From positions 146,005 through 210,004 of the forward strand of contig CAUJCU010000015.1 in the NCBI GenBank assembly GCA_963169745.1: a DNA stretch of 64,000 nucleotides. The letters are read 5' to 3'. A program made the translations under genes and the position numbers. The notes below the pieces were generated by a model. It was not told the origin of the DNA. It did not search any database and saw only the letters and a program-made list of their open reading frames with translations. Shown here in pieces: positions 39,459 through 50,045 of this stretch. This DNA is from Bacteroidota bacterium. GTDB taxonomy: Bacteria; Bacteroidota; Bacteroidia; UBA4408. Each line of letters begins with the position of its first letter. The stretch's first letter is position 1.

Positions 39459-41735
39459 CTATTCAAATACTTTGTTTTTTACCTGAGCATCGGCTGCTGC
39501 TAAAGTTACCATATTTACAATTTCACGAACACTACTTCCTAATTGTAGTATATGAACCGATTTGTTTAACCCTAACAACACCGGCCCAATAGCCTCCATT
39601 CCCATTTGTTGCATTAGCTTATAGGCTATATTGCCTGACGATAAATTTGGGAAAATTAAAGTATTCACATTACCATCTTTTAGCGGAGTAAACGGAAATT
39701 GTTCAGATAGTAAATCTTTGTTCATTGCAAAATTAGCTTGCACTTCGCCATCAACAATTAAATCAGGATAATCATGATGTAATATTTGAATAGCTTCTCT
39801 AAGTACCTTAGTTTCGGCATTATCAATAGAACCAAAGTTAGAGTACGAGAGTAACGCAATGCGGGGAACAATATTCATAAGCCTTACAGCATTGGCCGTG
39901 AGCAAAACAATTTTAACCAGTTGCTCTGCTGTAGGCGATACGTTTATGGTTGTGTCAGCTAAAAAGAATGGGCCTTTCTTAGTAATCATAATGTACATTC
40001 CGGCTACCATACCAATTTCTTTTTGAACACCTATAATTTGTAATGACGGCCTTATGGTATCTGAGTATTTTCTGGTTAAACCACTAATCATGGCATCAGC
40101 TTCTCCGGCTTCAACCATCATGGCTCCATAATAGTTTCGTTCTAGCATGGCCTTATGTGCCTCAAATAAAGTATAGCCTCTTCGACCTCGTTTTTCAAAG
40201 AAAATATTGCCAAATGCAATTCTTTTCTCTTCATATTTTTTTTGTCTGATATCTATTATCTGAATATCATTTAAACTTAAATTGTTTTCTTTAATCAAGG
40301 CGGCTATTTTTTCTTGATCTCCTAATAAAATAGGAATGGCAATCCCCTCATCGCGTACCTGCTGTGCAGCCTTCAAAACTTTGTAATGATCAGCTTCAGC
40401 AAAAACAACACGTTGCGGTTTTTGTTTAGCCCTTATGGTAATATTCTTAATCAGTTTATTATCTAAATCCAAACGTTGAATAAGCTCGTTTTCATAGGCC
40501 TCCCAGTCGGTAATAATTTTTCGTGCTACTCCCGAATCAATAGCTGCTTTGGCAACTGCCGGGGCTACTTTATAAATTAAACGATTATCAACCGGTTTGG
40601 GAATAATGTAATCTTTCCCGAAAATTATATTTTTTTTATTGTAGGCTAAATTTACATTATCCGGAACAGTCTCTTTTGTTAATTCTGCTAACGCATATAC
40701 TGCAGCAAGCTTCATTTCCTCATTAATTTTGGTGGCTCTTACATCAAGAGCGCCTCTAAAAATGTATGGAAATCCTAAAACATTGTTTACTTGGTTGGGA
40801 TAATCACTTCTGCCGGTCGCTACTATGGCATCGGGTCGGGCTTCTACAGCATCAGGAAAAGATATCTCTGGAACCGGGTTTGCCAATGCAAATATAATAG
40901 GATTGGGAGCCATTGTGGCAAGCATTTCTTTACTTACTACGTTGCCTTTTGATAAACCTAAAAAAACATCAGCTCCTATTAATGCTTCTGAAAGAGTGTG
41001 TATATCACGATTGGTGGAAAAAAATGATTTGATAGAATCTAAGTTTTCACGATCGTCTCGAATAACACCGTTACTATCGAGCATTACAATATTTTCTTTT
41101 TGGGCCCCTAAAGTCAAATATAATCGGGTGCATGAAATAGCCGAAGCACCGGCTCCATTCACCACAATTTTTACTTCCTCAATCTTTTTGTTTGAAATTA
41201 ACAAAGCGTTTAACAAGGCTGCACTCGATATAATAGCTGTACCATGCTGATCATCGTGCATTATGGGAATATCCAAATCTTCTTTCAAGCGTCTTTCAAT
41301 TTCAAAGCATTCTGGTGCTTTAATATCTTCTAAATTTATACCTCCAAAAGTTGGACTTATTGCTTTAACTGTTCTAACAAAAGCATCAATGTCTGTTTCG
41401 GCAATTTCAATATCAAAAACATCAATATCAGCATATATCTTAAAAAGTAAGCCCTTACCCTCCATTACCGGTTTTGAAGCCTCGGGCCCAATATTACCAA
41501 GGCCCAAAACAGCGGTACCATTACTTATTACAGCTACTAAATTTCCTTTGGCAGTATATTTATATACATCTTCCGGGTTTTTTTCTATTTCTATACATGG
41601 TTCTGCTACCCCCGGAGAGTATGCTAAACTTAAGTCACGTTGGGTGTTATAGGGTTTTGTAGGAGTTACTTCGATTTTACCGGGTCTTCCCTCGGAGTGA
41701 TAGTCAAGAGCGTCTTGCTTAGCAATTTTTACCAT
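39459..41735 (-). CDS. maeB: NADP-dependent malic enzyme (malic enzyme domain + phosphotransacetylase-like C-terminal domain), MaeB type
   Basis: 758 aa. N-terminal malic enzyme region ([10 protein letters not shown]…[12 protein letters not shown]…). Rossmann region GAGASA. C-terminal PTA-like domain. Confidence 0.9.
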   Translation of the reverse strand: MVKIAKQDALDYHSEGRPGKIEVTPTKPYNTQRDLSLAYSPGVAEPCIEIEKNPEDVYKYTAKGNLVAVISNGTAVLGLGNIGPEASKPVMEGKGLLFKIYADIDVFDIEIAETDIDAFVRTVKAISPTFGGINLEDIKAPECFEIERRLKEDLDIPIMHDDQHGTAIISSAALLNALLISNKKIEEVKIVVNGAGASAISCTRLYLTLGAQKENIVMLDSNGVIRDDRENLDSIKSFFSTNRDIHTLSEALIGADVFLGLSKGNVVSKEMLATMAPNPIIFALANPVPEISFPDAVEARPDAIVATGRSDYPNQVNNVLGFPYIFRGALDVRATKINEEMKLAAVYALAELTKETVPDNVNLAYNKKNIIFGKDYIIPKPVDNRLIYKVAPAVAKAAIDSGVARKIITDWEAYENELIQRLDLDNKLIKNITIRAKQKPQRVVFAEADHYKVLKAAQQVRDEGIAIPILLGDQEKIAALIKENNLSLNDIQIIDIRQKKYEEKRIAFGNIFFEKRGRRGYTLFEAHKAMLERNYYGAMMVEAGEADAMISGLTRKYSDTIRPSLQIIGVQKEIGMVAGMYIMITKKGPFFLADTTINVSPTAEQLVKIVLLTANAVRLMNIVPRIALLSYSNFGSIDNAETKVLREAIQILHHDYPDLIVDGEVQANFAMNKDLLSEQFPFTPLKDGNVNTLIFPNLSSGNIAYKLMQQMGMEAIGPVLLGLNKSVHILQLGSSVREIVNMVTLAAADAQVKNKVFE

Positions 41736-41904
41736 AATAAATTTCAGTATTTAAAACAAGACACAAAGGTAATTTTTTGAAAACCAATTGCAATGAAACT
41801 TGAATTAATTGTATGTCTTTAGCGATACCACGAAAATAGTAAATCATTTTTCCTAATTTTGTTTTTTCATTTCAATATCAATTAAAGTAAGAATTAATCA
41901 ATTA

Positions 41905-42825
41905 ATGATTAGAAATTTTCTATTCCATAGAGTAAACCCCAAACGCGATGCGCTATGGGATCCTATGGATGTGTCCCTTTTCGATAAGTGTGTGAAGCAT
42001 ATTTCAAATAAATATGAAACAATATTATTTGAAGAATTAGCTTTTTCGGATAACATAAATACGGCTAACCGCTATGCTACGATTATGTTTGATGATGGCT
42101 TTAAAGATAATATGGAATACGCCATTCCTATTCTTGAAAAATATAGATGCAAAGCCTCTTTTTATGTAGTTACCGATTGCATTGATAAAAATATCCCAAC
42201 ATGGACCTTCATTTTGGAGTTCTTATTCCAGTTCTCGGAAAACGAGGACTTAATACTTGATTTTGAATTTTTACTTCCTGAGCTGCGTATTAAGAAATTA
42301 GTTGGGAAAGAGGCCAAATTGAATTATGTAAAAAAATTAAAACCTTTTTTAAAGAAATTATCTGACCATGAAAGAGATAAAGTAATTAATTGCATTACTG
42401 CTTCATTTTCTGATGTTGAGCTGCCAAGAATTATGATGAATTGGGATGATTTAAAGGAAATACAAAACGCAGGGCACTACATAGGTTCTCACACACTAAG
42501 CCATCAAATGCTTGGAACCATGTCTAACTCGACCGAAATAAAAAATGAATTGCTTGGCTCCGGAAATAGAATTAAAGAAATGCTGGGCTACTTTCCACTA
42601 ACTATTTCATATCCTGTAGGGAGTTACAACGAAACCACTAAGAAAATTGCACAAGAAACAGGATACAAAATTGGATTGGCTGTAAAACAAAATATTTTCA
42701 ACCCTCAAAAGGATGATATGTTTGAAATACCAAGAATTGAACTTTATAACGAATCATGGTTTAAAACCAAATTAAGAATATCCAATACTTTAGAAAATAT
42801 AAAATCTCTAATTCGTTACAGATGA
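41905..42825 (+). CDS. polysaccharide deacetylase family (NodB-homology/CE4-like) protein
   Basis: MFDDGFKDN (TFDDG-type Asp motif), …GSHTLSHQML… His motif; 306 aa. Confidence 0.7.
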   Translation: MIRNFLFHRVNPKRDALWDPMDVSLFDKCVKHISNKYETILFEELAFSDNINTANRYATIMFDDGFKDNMEYAIPILEKYRCKASFYVVTDCIDKNIPTWTFILEFLFQFSENEDLILDFEFLLPELRIKKLVGKEAKLNYVKKLKPFLKKLSDHERDKVINCITASFSDVELPRIMMNWDDLKEIQNAGHYIGSHTLSHQMLGTMSNSTEIKNELLGSGNRIKEMLGYFPLTISYPVGSYNETTKKIAQETGYKIGLAVKQNIFNPQKDDMFEIPRIELYNESWFKTKLRISNTLENIKSLIRYR

Positions 42826-43631
42826 AAATTGTTCTTTGGATTGGAAGCCATTCGTACCAGCGGGCTTTAGCGAATAAAGTAAATGCTGATTTTGATGTTT
42901 GCGGAATAATTGTTGAAAGCAAGGCCACTCATAATAAAATTACATTTAGGAAAATCATTGATAAGCTCATTGAAAGAATATTTTTTAGTGCATTGCATAA
43001 ATCATGGACCAATTTAATCACATATTTTGATAAGCAGTTTTCGGATTATCCTGATGTGCCCATTTTGCATGTTGAGAACATTAATTGTAAAGAGGCATTT
43101 GATTTCTCATCCAACTTAAATCCCGATTTAATATTAGTTTCAGGAACAAGAATTATTAAAGAAAAAATGTTATCAGTTCAGTCCAATATTGGAATTTTAA
43201 ATTTGCATACAGGGCTCTCTCCTTATGTAAAAGGGGGGCCTAACTGCACCAATTGGTGTATTGCCACCCAGCAATTTCATTTAATAGGAAATACAATAAT
43301 GTGGATTGATGCCGGAATTGACTCGGGAAATATATTAACAACAGAGTTTACTGAGCTAAATGGCAATGAAGATTTCAGTCAAGTACATATAAAAGTAATG
43401 AACCATGCTCATGAACTATATCTCAAGGCTATTCAATATTTGGCCAAAGGGAATAAACAAAGCTTTTCTCAAAGTGTTGTAGGACATGGTAAAACCTATT
43501 ATTCAAAGAATTGGGATCTGCAAAAAAAGTTTGCTCTTATTCAAAATTTTAGTGCTTTTAAGGAATATTATAAATTAAAAAAACAAGAGCAAGAGAGACA
43601 ACTTGTTAAGGTATTTAAAATTCAGGAATAA
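42822..43631 (+). CDS. formyltransferase-family protein (Fmt/ArnA-N/sugar N-formyltransferase-like, N10-formyl-THF dependent)
   Basis: ILNLHTGLSPYVKGG corresponds to the NxHxSLLPxxRG catalytic loop. WIDAGIDSGNIL carries the conserved Asp. Overlaps the deacetylase gene by 4 nt (ATGA). Confidence 0.65.
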   Translation: MKIVLWIGSHSYQRALANKVNADFDVCGIIVESKATHNKITFRKIIDKLIERIFFSALHKSWTNLITYFDKQFSDYPDVPILHVENINCKEAFDFSSNLNPDLILVSGTRIIKEKMLSVQSNIGILNLHTGLSPYVKGGPNCTNWCIATQQFHLIGNTIMWIDAGIDSGNILTTEFTELNGNEDFSQVHIKVMNHAHELYLKAIQYLAKGNKQSFSQSVVGHGKTYYSKNWDLQKKFALIQNFSAFKEYYKLKKQEQERQLVKVFKIQE

Positions 43632-43749
43632 TACTTACCATATACTTATTCAGGAATGTTTAAGGTTTATATTATAAATGTGTTAAATATTCTAATATTG
43701 AAATCTTTTAAGAAGCTCCAAATAGAGAAACATTTATCTTTGCGCCCGA

Positions 43750-44055
43750 ATGAACGATAAGAGTACAATTATTATTATGAAATCAGCACTTATGTTGCTG
43801 ATTCTGTTTTCTATTTCATATATAACAATTGGAAAACTTTTGCCATCAAAAGCGCTTATAACCCACACTACATCTGCTGAAGCTACTTTAGCGGTTGAAA
43901 ATGCTGAAGTTAAAATTACAGAATCTTCTTTTGTTGATTATTTCATAACACCAAGCAGTTCGGTTCAATTTATTTCTCAATTTATTTTCTTTACCCATAG
44001 CGTAATTATTTCTTCCTTACCTCGAGAAGTTGAGTTTCCTCCTCCCGAATTTTAA
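43750..44055 (+). CDS. hypothetical ORF (101 aa) with one N-terminal hydrophobic segment; may be non-coding
   Basis: Only ORF in the 510-bp gap before the RND operon. Weak coding character. Confidence 0.2.
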   Translation: MNDKSTIIIMKSALMLLILFSISYITIGKLLPSKALITHTTSAEATLAVENAEVKITESSFVDYFITPSSSVQFISQFIFFTHSVIISSLPREVEFPPPEF

Positions 44056-44140
44056 GGCTGCGCCCTCTCAATTTTTTATTTTTAAATAACCATAATAGTC
44101 GCAACGATTATTATACATTTTCTATTCCATTTTAATCAAG

Positions 44141-45247
44141 ATGAAACAAATTTCGTTTGTAATAACAGCTATCTTATTTAGCATTACAACTGCATGTACA
44201 ACCCAAGAAAAACCGGAAAGTCCGGATACTTATAAAGTAGTAAAGCCCATTATAAGGGATACAGTTTACACACATGAATATATTGCTGAAATTCATGCCC
44301 TACAAAACGTTGAATTGAGAAGCAGAATAGCCGGTTTCGTTGAAAAAAATATTGCTGACGAAGGACAATCTGTTAAAGAAGGACAAGTTTTATTTATTAT
44401 CAGTGGTAGGAAGTATCAACAGGAACTTTTAAAAGCAGAAGCTGCAACTAAAAGTGCTATGGCTGAATTAAAATCAGCCGAAATTGAACTTGAAAATACG
44501 CAAAGGTTATTTGATAAGAATATTATATCAAAATCAGAACTAGAATTGTCAAAGGCTAAAATTGAAATGCGAAAAGCATCTGTTATTGAGGCCGAGGCTA
44601 ATGAAGCTCAGGCCGAATTAAATCTTTCGTACACTAAAGTTCAAGCCCCTTTTGCGGGTATAATTAATCGAATTCCAAATAAAACAGGAAGCTTGGTAGA
44701 GGAAGGAACATTACTTACCTCCATTTCTGACAGTAAGGATATGCTTGCTTATTTCAACATTTCGGAGAAAGATTATATTGATTATCTCAAAACAAAAGAT
44801 AAAAAGGAGTCGAAAGAAGTGGCTCTTGTTTTGGTAAATGGTGATGAATACGACCACTTAGGAGCAGTAGAAACAGTTGAAAGCGAGTTCGATAAATCAA
44901 CTGGGAATATTGCATTTAGAGCAAAGTTCCCTAATCCCAAAGGAATCCTTAAACATGGCTCAAGTGGCAAGATTATAGAAAAAAAACATATAAATAAGGC
45001 GCTTATTATTCCTCAAAAGTCAACATTTGAAATTCAAGATAAACTTTATGTTTTTGTTTTAAATAAAAATAATGAATTAGAGCAACGAAATATAATACCT
45101 CAAATGCGATTACCACATGTTTATATTCTTGAATCGGGCTTATCGCCTGAGGAAACAATTTTGTTTGAAGGCATACAACATGTTAGAGCCGGAGATAAAA
45201 TTATACCGGATTTTGTCAGCAATTGGCTTTTAAATATTAACCAATAA
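44141..45247 (+). CDS. RND efflux periplasmic adaptor (membrane fusion protein, HlyD family)
   Basis: Lipoprotein-type signal (ITAILFSITTACTTQ). Coiled-coil hairpin region. Beta-barrel/MP domains; 368 aa. Confidence 0.85.
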   Translation: MKQISFVITAILFSITTACTTQEKPESPDTYKVVKPIIRDTVYTHEYIAEIHALQNVELRSRIAGFVEKNIADEGQSVKEGQVLFIISGRKYQQELLKAEAATKSAMAELKSAEIELENTQRLFDKNIISKSELELSKAKIEMRKASVIEAEANEAQAELNLSYTKVQAPFAGIINRIPNKTGSLVEEGTLLTSISDSKDMLAYFNISEKDYIDYLKTKDKKESKEVALVLVNGDEYDHLGAVETVESEFDKSTGNIAFRAKFPNPKGILKHGSSGKIIEKKHINKALIIPQKSTFEIQDKLYVFVLNKNNELEQRNIIPQMRLPHVYILESGLSPEETILFEGIQHVRAGDKIIPDFVSNWLLNINQ

Positions 45248-45261
45248 TTGGGAGCAAACGT

Positions 45262-48200
45262 ATGACTTCAAAATTTATTCATCGACCCGTACTATCTATT
45301 GTAATTTCAGTTCTAATTACCCTTATAGGTTTAATTTCTCTTTCGCAACTCCCGGTTACTCAATACCCCGATATAGCTCCTCCCGAAGTTAATGTAACTA
45401 CACGCTTTGTTGGTGCTAATGCTGATGCTTGTGTTAAAGCTGTTGTAATGCCTTTGGAAAGAGCCATTAACGGTGTGCCGGGTATGGCTTATATGTCTTC
45501 GGTTTCTGGAAACGATGGAACAAGTGTTATCCAAATAATATTTAAATCTGGTACAAATCCTGAAATTGCTGCCATCAACGTTCAGAACCGAGTTTCGTCT
45601 GCTCTCGATGAGCTCCCTGAAGAAGTTATAAAGCAAGGAGTTATTGTTGAAAAAGTGCAAAACAGCATGTTGCTCTATCTTAATATTTTAACTACCGACT
45701 CAACAATGGACGAAAAATTCCTTTACAATTTTGTTGATATTAATATTCTTAAAGAACTTAAACGCGTTGAAGGAGTGGGTTTTGCCGAACTACTTGGAGC
45801 ACGAGATTATGCCATGAGGGTTTGGCTAAAACCTGATAAGATGACGATGTATAACATCTCTGCAAGCGAAGTTATAGATATTCTTCGTAAACAGAATGTT
45901 GAGGCAGCTCCCGGAAAAATAGGAGAGAGTTCGGGCAAAGATGCACAAACGTTACAATATGTATTAAAATATACGGGAAAATTTAAAACTGAAGAGGCCT
46001 ATGAAAATATTGTAATTAGAAGCAATGAAACTGGTGATATACTTCGGCTGAAAGATATTGCTGAAATTGATTTTGATTCTAAAGATTATAATGTTGTTTC
46101 AAAAGAAAATGGCCGCCCTTCAGCAGCTATATTATTGAAGCAACGCCCGGGGAGTAATGCCAAAGAAGTTATTAAAAATGTGAAAGACAAAATTGCTGAA
46201 ATTAAGCAAGCTTCATTCTTACCCGGAATGGATTATACCATCAGTTATGATATTTCCCAGTTTTTAGATGCCTCTATATACGAAGTTTTGAAAACCTTAA
46301 TTGAAGCCTTTATACTTGTAGCTCTTGTTGTATTCTTGTTTCTTCAAGATACACGTTCCACTATAATTCCCATTCTTGCCGTTCCTGTTTCTCTTATTGG
46401 GACTTTCTTTTTTATGCAGCTCATGGGGTTTTCTCTAAACTTAATTACACTTTTTGCATTAGTGTTGGCAATTGGAATTGTAGTTGATAATGCTATTGTA
46501 GTAGTAGAAGCTGTGCATGCTAAAATGGAACATTCTAAACTAAACGCAAGGAGGGCAACCGAACAGGCCATGAGAGAGATTAGTGGGGCTATTATTGCAA
46601 TTACCCTGGTTATGTCGGCAGTATTCATTCCGGTAGCTTTTTTAGATGGCCCAACAGGTGTTTTTTATCGTCAGTTTTCATTAACAATGGCTGTTGCAAT
46701 TGTGTTGTCGGGGGTAACGGCTTTAACTTTAACACCTGCTCTTTGTGCCTTGTTTTTAAAAAATATGCATACTAAGGAAAAAGGGCGTAAAAATAAGTTG
46801 ACTATCTTCTTTGATAAATTTAATAATTCATATTCAAAAATTTCTGAAAAGTACCAAAAGTTGATTGCTTTAATTGCCAATCGCAGAGTGATAACATTAG
46901 GATTATTATTGGCTTTTAGTATAGGAACTGGTTTAACAAGTAGTTTTGTTCCATCTGGTTTTATCCCCGAAGAAGATCAGGGGGCTATTTATGCCAATAT
47001 TACGGCACCGCCAGGGGCTACCTTAGAACGTACTGAAAAAGCTGTTGATGAGGTGCAGAAAACGGCCTCTTCATTAGAAGCTGTTAACTCTGTTTCTGGA
47101 TTAGCCGGATTTAGTATCCTCTCAGAAGGTAACGGGGCTATTTATGGAATGAATCTTATTAACCTAAAAAACTGGAAAGAACGTAAAGAATCGGATAAAG
47201 AGATTATCCAAATATTAGAGGAAAAAACAAAGTATATTAAAGATGCTAAAATTGAATTTTTTACACCACCGCCAGTGCCTGGATATGGAAATTCAAGTGG
47301 GTTTGAATTGCGCCTCCTCGATAAGTCGGGTGTAGATGACCTTACTAAGCTTCAGAAAGTTGCTGATGATTTTGTAAGGGTTTTAAATAAACGTCCTGAA
47401 ATTAATAATGCTTTTACCACATATAACGCAAACTTTCCACAGTATTTGTTACATATTGACAAAGACAAAGCAGCTCAAAAAGGGATAACATCCGAAAATG
47501 CTATGAGTACGCTGCAAACATTAATTGGAAGTGAATATGCTACTAATTTTATTCGCTTTGGTCAAATGTATAGAGTAATGGTGCAAGCCCTTCCTGAGTA
47601 CCGCAGGCAACCGGAAGACATCTTGAAGCTCTATATAAAGAATGATTATGGAGAGATGATTCCTTTCTCCTCATTTTTAAGAATGGAAAAGGTTTATGGG
47701 GTGGAACAAATTATGCGCTATAATATGTACACAGCCGCCATGATTAATGGTCAACCCGCCCCGGGATATAGCAGCGGACAAGCTATTCAGGCAATAAAAG
47801 AAGCCGCAAAAGAAGCCCTGCCTAAGAGTTATGGTTATGATTGGTCAGGATCATCGCGCGACCAAGCAAATACGGGCAATCAAGCTATTGGTATTTTTGC
47901 AATATGCCTGTTATTTGTTTATTTATTGTTGGCTGCACAATACGAAAGTTTTTTATTGCCATTTGCTGTAATACTTTCTTTACCGGCAGGGATATTTGGC
48001 TCTTTCCTTTTTCTTATGCTGTTAGGACTCGAAAACAACATCTACGCCCAAATTGCTATGATTATGCTCATTGGTATTTTAGGTAAAAATGCTATCCTAA
48101 TTATCGAATTTGCAATTATGAAAAATCAAGGCGGTGCTTCCATATTACAGGCAACTATGTCAGGAGCTGCTGAGCGGCTAAGGCCTATCTTAATGACTTC

Positions 48201-48420
48201 TTTTGCATTTGTTGCAGGACTTATTCCCTTAATGATTGCAAATGGGGCCGGAGAAATAGGAAATAATACCATTGGCGCAGCTGCTGTTGGAGGAATGCTT
48301 CTTGGAACCATTTTTGGAGTTGTTATCATTCCGGGCTTGTATTTTATTTTTGCTTCAATTGCTGAAAAGTTAAATAAAAGAAAACGCAAAAAATTAAAAC
48401 CTTACTCAGAAACAATTTAA
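45262..48420 (+). CDS. RND efflux transporter permease, AcrB/HAE1 family
   Basis: 1052 aa, 12 TM helices with two large periplasmic loops. Classic start MTSKFIHRPVLSIVISVLITLIGLISL. Confidence 0.9.
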   Translation: MTSKFIHRPVLSIVISVLITLIGLISLSQLPVTQYPDIAPPEVNVTTRFVGANADACVKAVVMPLERAINGVPGMAYMSSVSGNDGTSVIQIIFKSGTNPEIAAINVQNRVSSALDELPEEVIKQGVIVEKVQNSMLLYLNILTTDSTMDEKFLYNFVDINILKELKRVEGVGFAELLGARDYAMRVWLKPDKMTMYNISASEVIDILRKQNVEAAPGKIGESSGKDAQTLQYVLKYTGKFKTEEAYENIVIRSNETGDILRLKDIAEIDFDSKDYNVVSKENGRPSAAILLKQRPGSNAKEVIKNVKDKIAEIKQASFLPGMDYTISYDISQFLDASIYEVLKTLIEAFILVALVVFLFLQDTRSTIIPILAVPVSLIGTFFFMQLMGFSLNLITLFALVLAIGIVVDNAIVVVEAVHAKMEHSKLNARRATEQAMREISGAIIAITLVMSAVFIPVAFLDGPTGVFYRQFSLTMAVAIVLSGVTALTLTPALCALFLKNMHTKEKGRKNKLTIFFDKFNNSYSKISEKYQKLIALIANRRVITLGLLLAFSIGTGLTSSFVPSGFIPEEDQGAIYANITAPPGATLERTEKAVDEVQKTASSLEAVNSVSGLAGFSILSEGNGAIYGMNLINLKNWKERKESDKEIIQILEEKTKYIKDAKIEFFTPPPVPGYGNSSGFELRLLDKSGVDDLTKLQKVADDFVRVLNKRPEINNAFTTYNANFPQYLLHIDKDKAAQKGITSENAMSTLQTLIGSEYATNFIRFGQMYRVMVQALPEYRRQPEDILKLYIKNDYGEMIPFSSFLRMEKVYGVEQIMRYNMYTAAMINGQPAPGYSSGQAIQAIKEAAKEALPKSYGYDWSGSSRDQANTGNQAIGIFAICLLFVYLLLAAQYESFLLPFAVILSLPAGIFGSFLFLMLLGLENNIYAQIAMIMLIGILGKNAILIIEFAIMKNQGGASILQATMSGAAERLRPILMTSFAFVAGLIPLMIANGAGEIGNNTIGAAAVGGMLLGTIFGVVIIPGLYFIFASIAEKLNKRKRKKLKPYSETI

Positions 48421-48427
48421 ATATCAG

Positions 48428-49858
48428 ATGAAGAGAGTTTATAAAACCATTTTTACATTATTTTTCGTACAGTCAATCTTAGCTTGTAAAACGCCAAAGC
48501 CGGGAGTAGTAAATGCTAAGATAAAATTGCCATCAAATTATGAACTGCTTCCTGATTCAAATAACATCTCAAAAATTAATTGGAGAAGTTATCTAGGAGA
48601 TCCTATATTAATTAGTCTTATTGATACTGCAATAAAAAATAATCTGGACCATAAAATTGCTATGCAGAGAATTGCAATAGCCCAATCATGGGTTCGTATG
48701 GCAAAAGGAGAAATGTTCCCCAAGGTGTATGGCAATGTAGGTATAGGTAGCAACAAGTATGCTCAATACACACAAGAGAATTTAGGAAATTCAAGTACCG
48801 AATACCAGCCCGGAAAAACAATTCCTAATCCTTTACCCGATATTTATACAGGATTAGCATCAAGTTGGGAAATAAACTTATGGGGCAAAGTACGCAGTAA
48901 ACGAAAAGGATTTCAACAACGCTTTTGGGCAAGTATTGAAGGGAAAAAGCTTGTACTATCTAATGTAATTGAAGAATTAACATTGAATTACTTTGAGTTA
49001 CTTGCATTAGACAGAGAGCAGGCTATAATAAACCAAACACTCTTAAAGCAAGAAGAAGCATTAGAAGTAGTGAAGATTCAGAAAGAAACAGGACGCACAA
49101 ATGAGTTAGCTGTACAGCAATTTAATGCCCAGCTCCTAAGTACTCAAGCTTTAGAGAAGGAGATTTCACAAAAGATTATAGAAACAGAAAACAGAGTAAA
49201 CTTTTTATTGGGTAGGTTGCCTCAGAAAATAGAGAGAACAAGTACTTCTTTATTTCAAGATAACTCTGAATTGGTGCTGTCTGGTGTTCCTGCTCAACTA
49301 CTCGTAAACCGCCCCGACATTAAAGAAGCAGAATATGCACTTAATGCAACATACTTTGATTTACAAGTAGCCCGATCGGCTTTTTTTCCTACAATTAATT
49401 TAGCAAGTGCCATCGGTTTTCAATCATTTAATCCACAGTTCTTGTTAAACGTTCCTGCATCTCTTGGCTATTCTATATCTGGAGCTCTTCTAGCTCCTTT
49501 GGTTAATAGAAGTGCTATACAATCTCATTTTAAAACTGCCCAGTCTGAACAACTTACGGCTCTGTACCAATACCAAAAAACGATTATTTATGCCTATGCA
49601 GAAGTACTTTCTGAGCTCTCAAATAAAAAACATTTAGAGACAATTTTTGAACTTAAAAAGGAGCAAAATAGAATACTAGAAAATGCTGTGCAAACTTCAA
49701 GCGAGCTATACCGAACCGTTAAGGCAAATTATCTTGAGGTATTATTAGCCCAGCAAAACTCCTTACAGGCAGAAATTGAACTTATAGAAGTTGCAAAACG
49801 AAAGAAGGTAGCAACAATTAAACTATATAAAGTTTTGGGCGGTGCATGGGTAAATTAA
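48428..49858 (+). CDS. efflux outer-membrane factor (TolC/NodT family)
   Basis: Signal peptide, two-repeat TolC-like helical/barrel pattern, 476 aa. Third gene of the adaptor-pump-OMF operon. Confidence 0.85.
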   Translation: MKRVYKTIFTLFFVQSILACKTPKPGVVNAKIKLPSNYELLPDSNNISKINWRSYLGDPILISLIDTAIKNNLDHKIAMQRIAIAQSWVRMAKGEMFPKVYGNVGIGSNKYAQYTQENLGNSSTEYQPGKTIPNPLPDIYTGLASSWEINLWGKVRSKRKGFQQRFWASIEGKKLVLSNVIEELTLNYFELLALDREQAIINQTLLKQEEALEVVKIQKETGRTNELAVQQFNAQLLSTQALEKEISQKIIETENRVNFLLGRLPQKIERTSTSLFQDNSELVLSGVPAQLLVNRPDIKEAEYALNATYFDLQVARSAFFPTINLASAIGFQSFNPQFLLNVPASLGYSISGALLAPLVNRSAIQSHFKTAQSEQLTALYQYQKTIIYAYAEVLSELSNKKHLETIFELKKEQNRILENAVQTSSELYRTVKANYLEVLLAQQNSLQAEIELIEVAKRKKVATIKLYKVLGGAWVN

Positions 49859-50045
49859 TGGGAATTAAAATGTAATTTTTTTCTCAACAAAAAATTTGGA
49901 ATAGAAATATTATTTGTATCATTGCAGCAACAAATTCTTGTTTAAAGGGCAATTTCAGTGCCTAAAAATTTCTATATTAATGTATTTTAATTTCCAATGC
50001 TTGATTTCTTCAGGCCATTTTTTGTAATAAACCAGTTGTTATTAT

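Noticed and set aside
40825-41662. Plus-strand ORFs 40825..41250, 41263..41652 and 41474..41662 within maeB
   Set aside because: They are antisense to a near-full-length, highly conserved malic enzyme gene. Their S/A/I-rich translations are typical shadow frames.
43620-43657. Possible CRISPR or repeat array near ATTCAGGAAT repeats
   Set aside because: Only two copies of a 10-mer, with no further repeat units or cas genes anywhere in the window, so it is not a CRISPR array. Retained only as a possible operator in findings.
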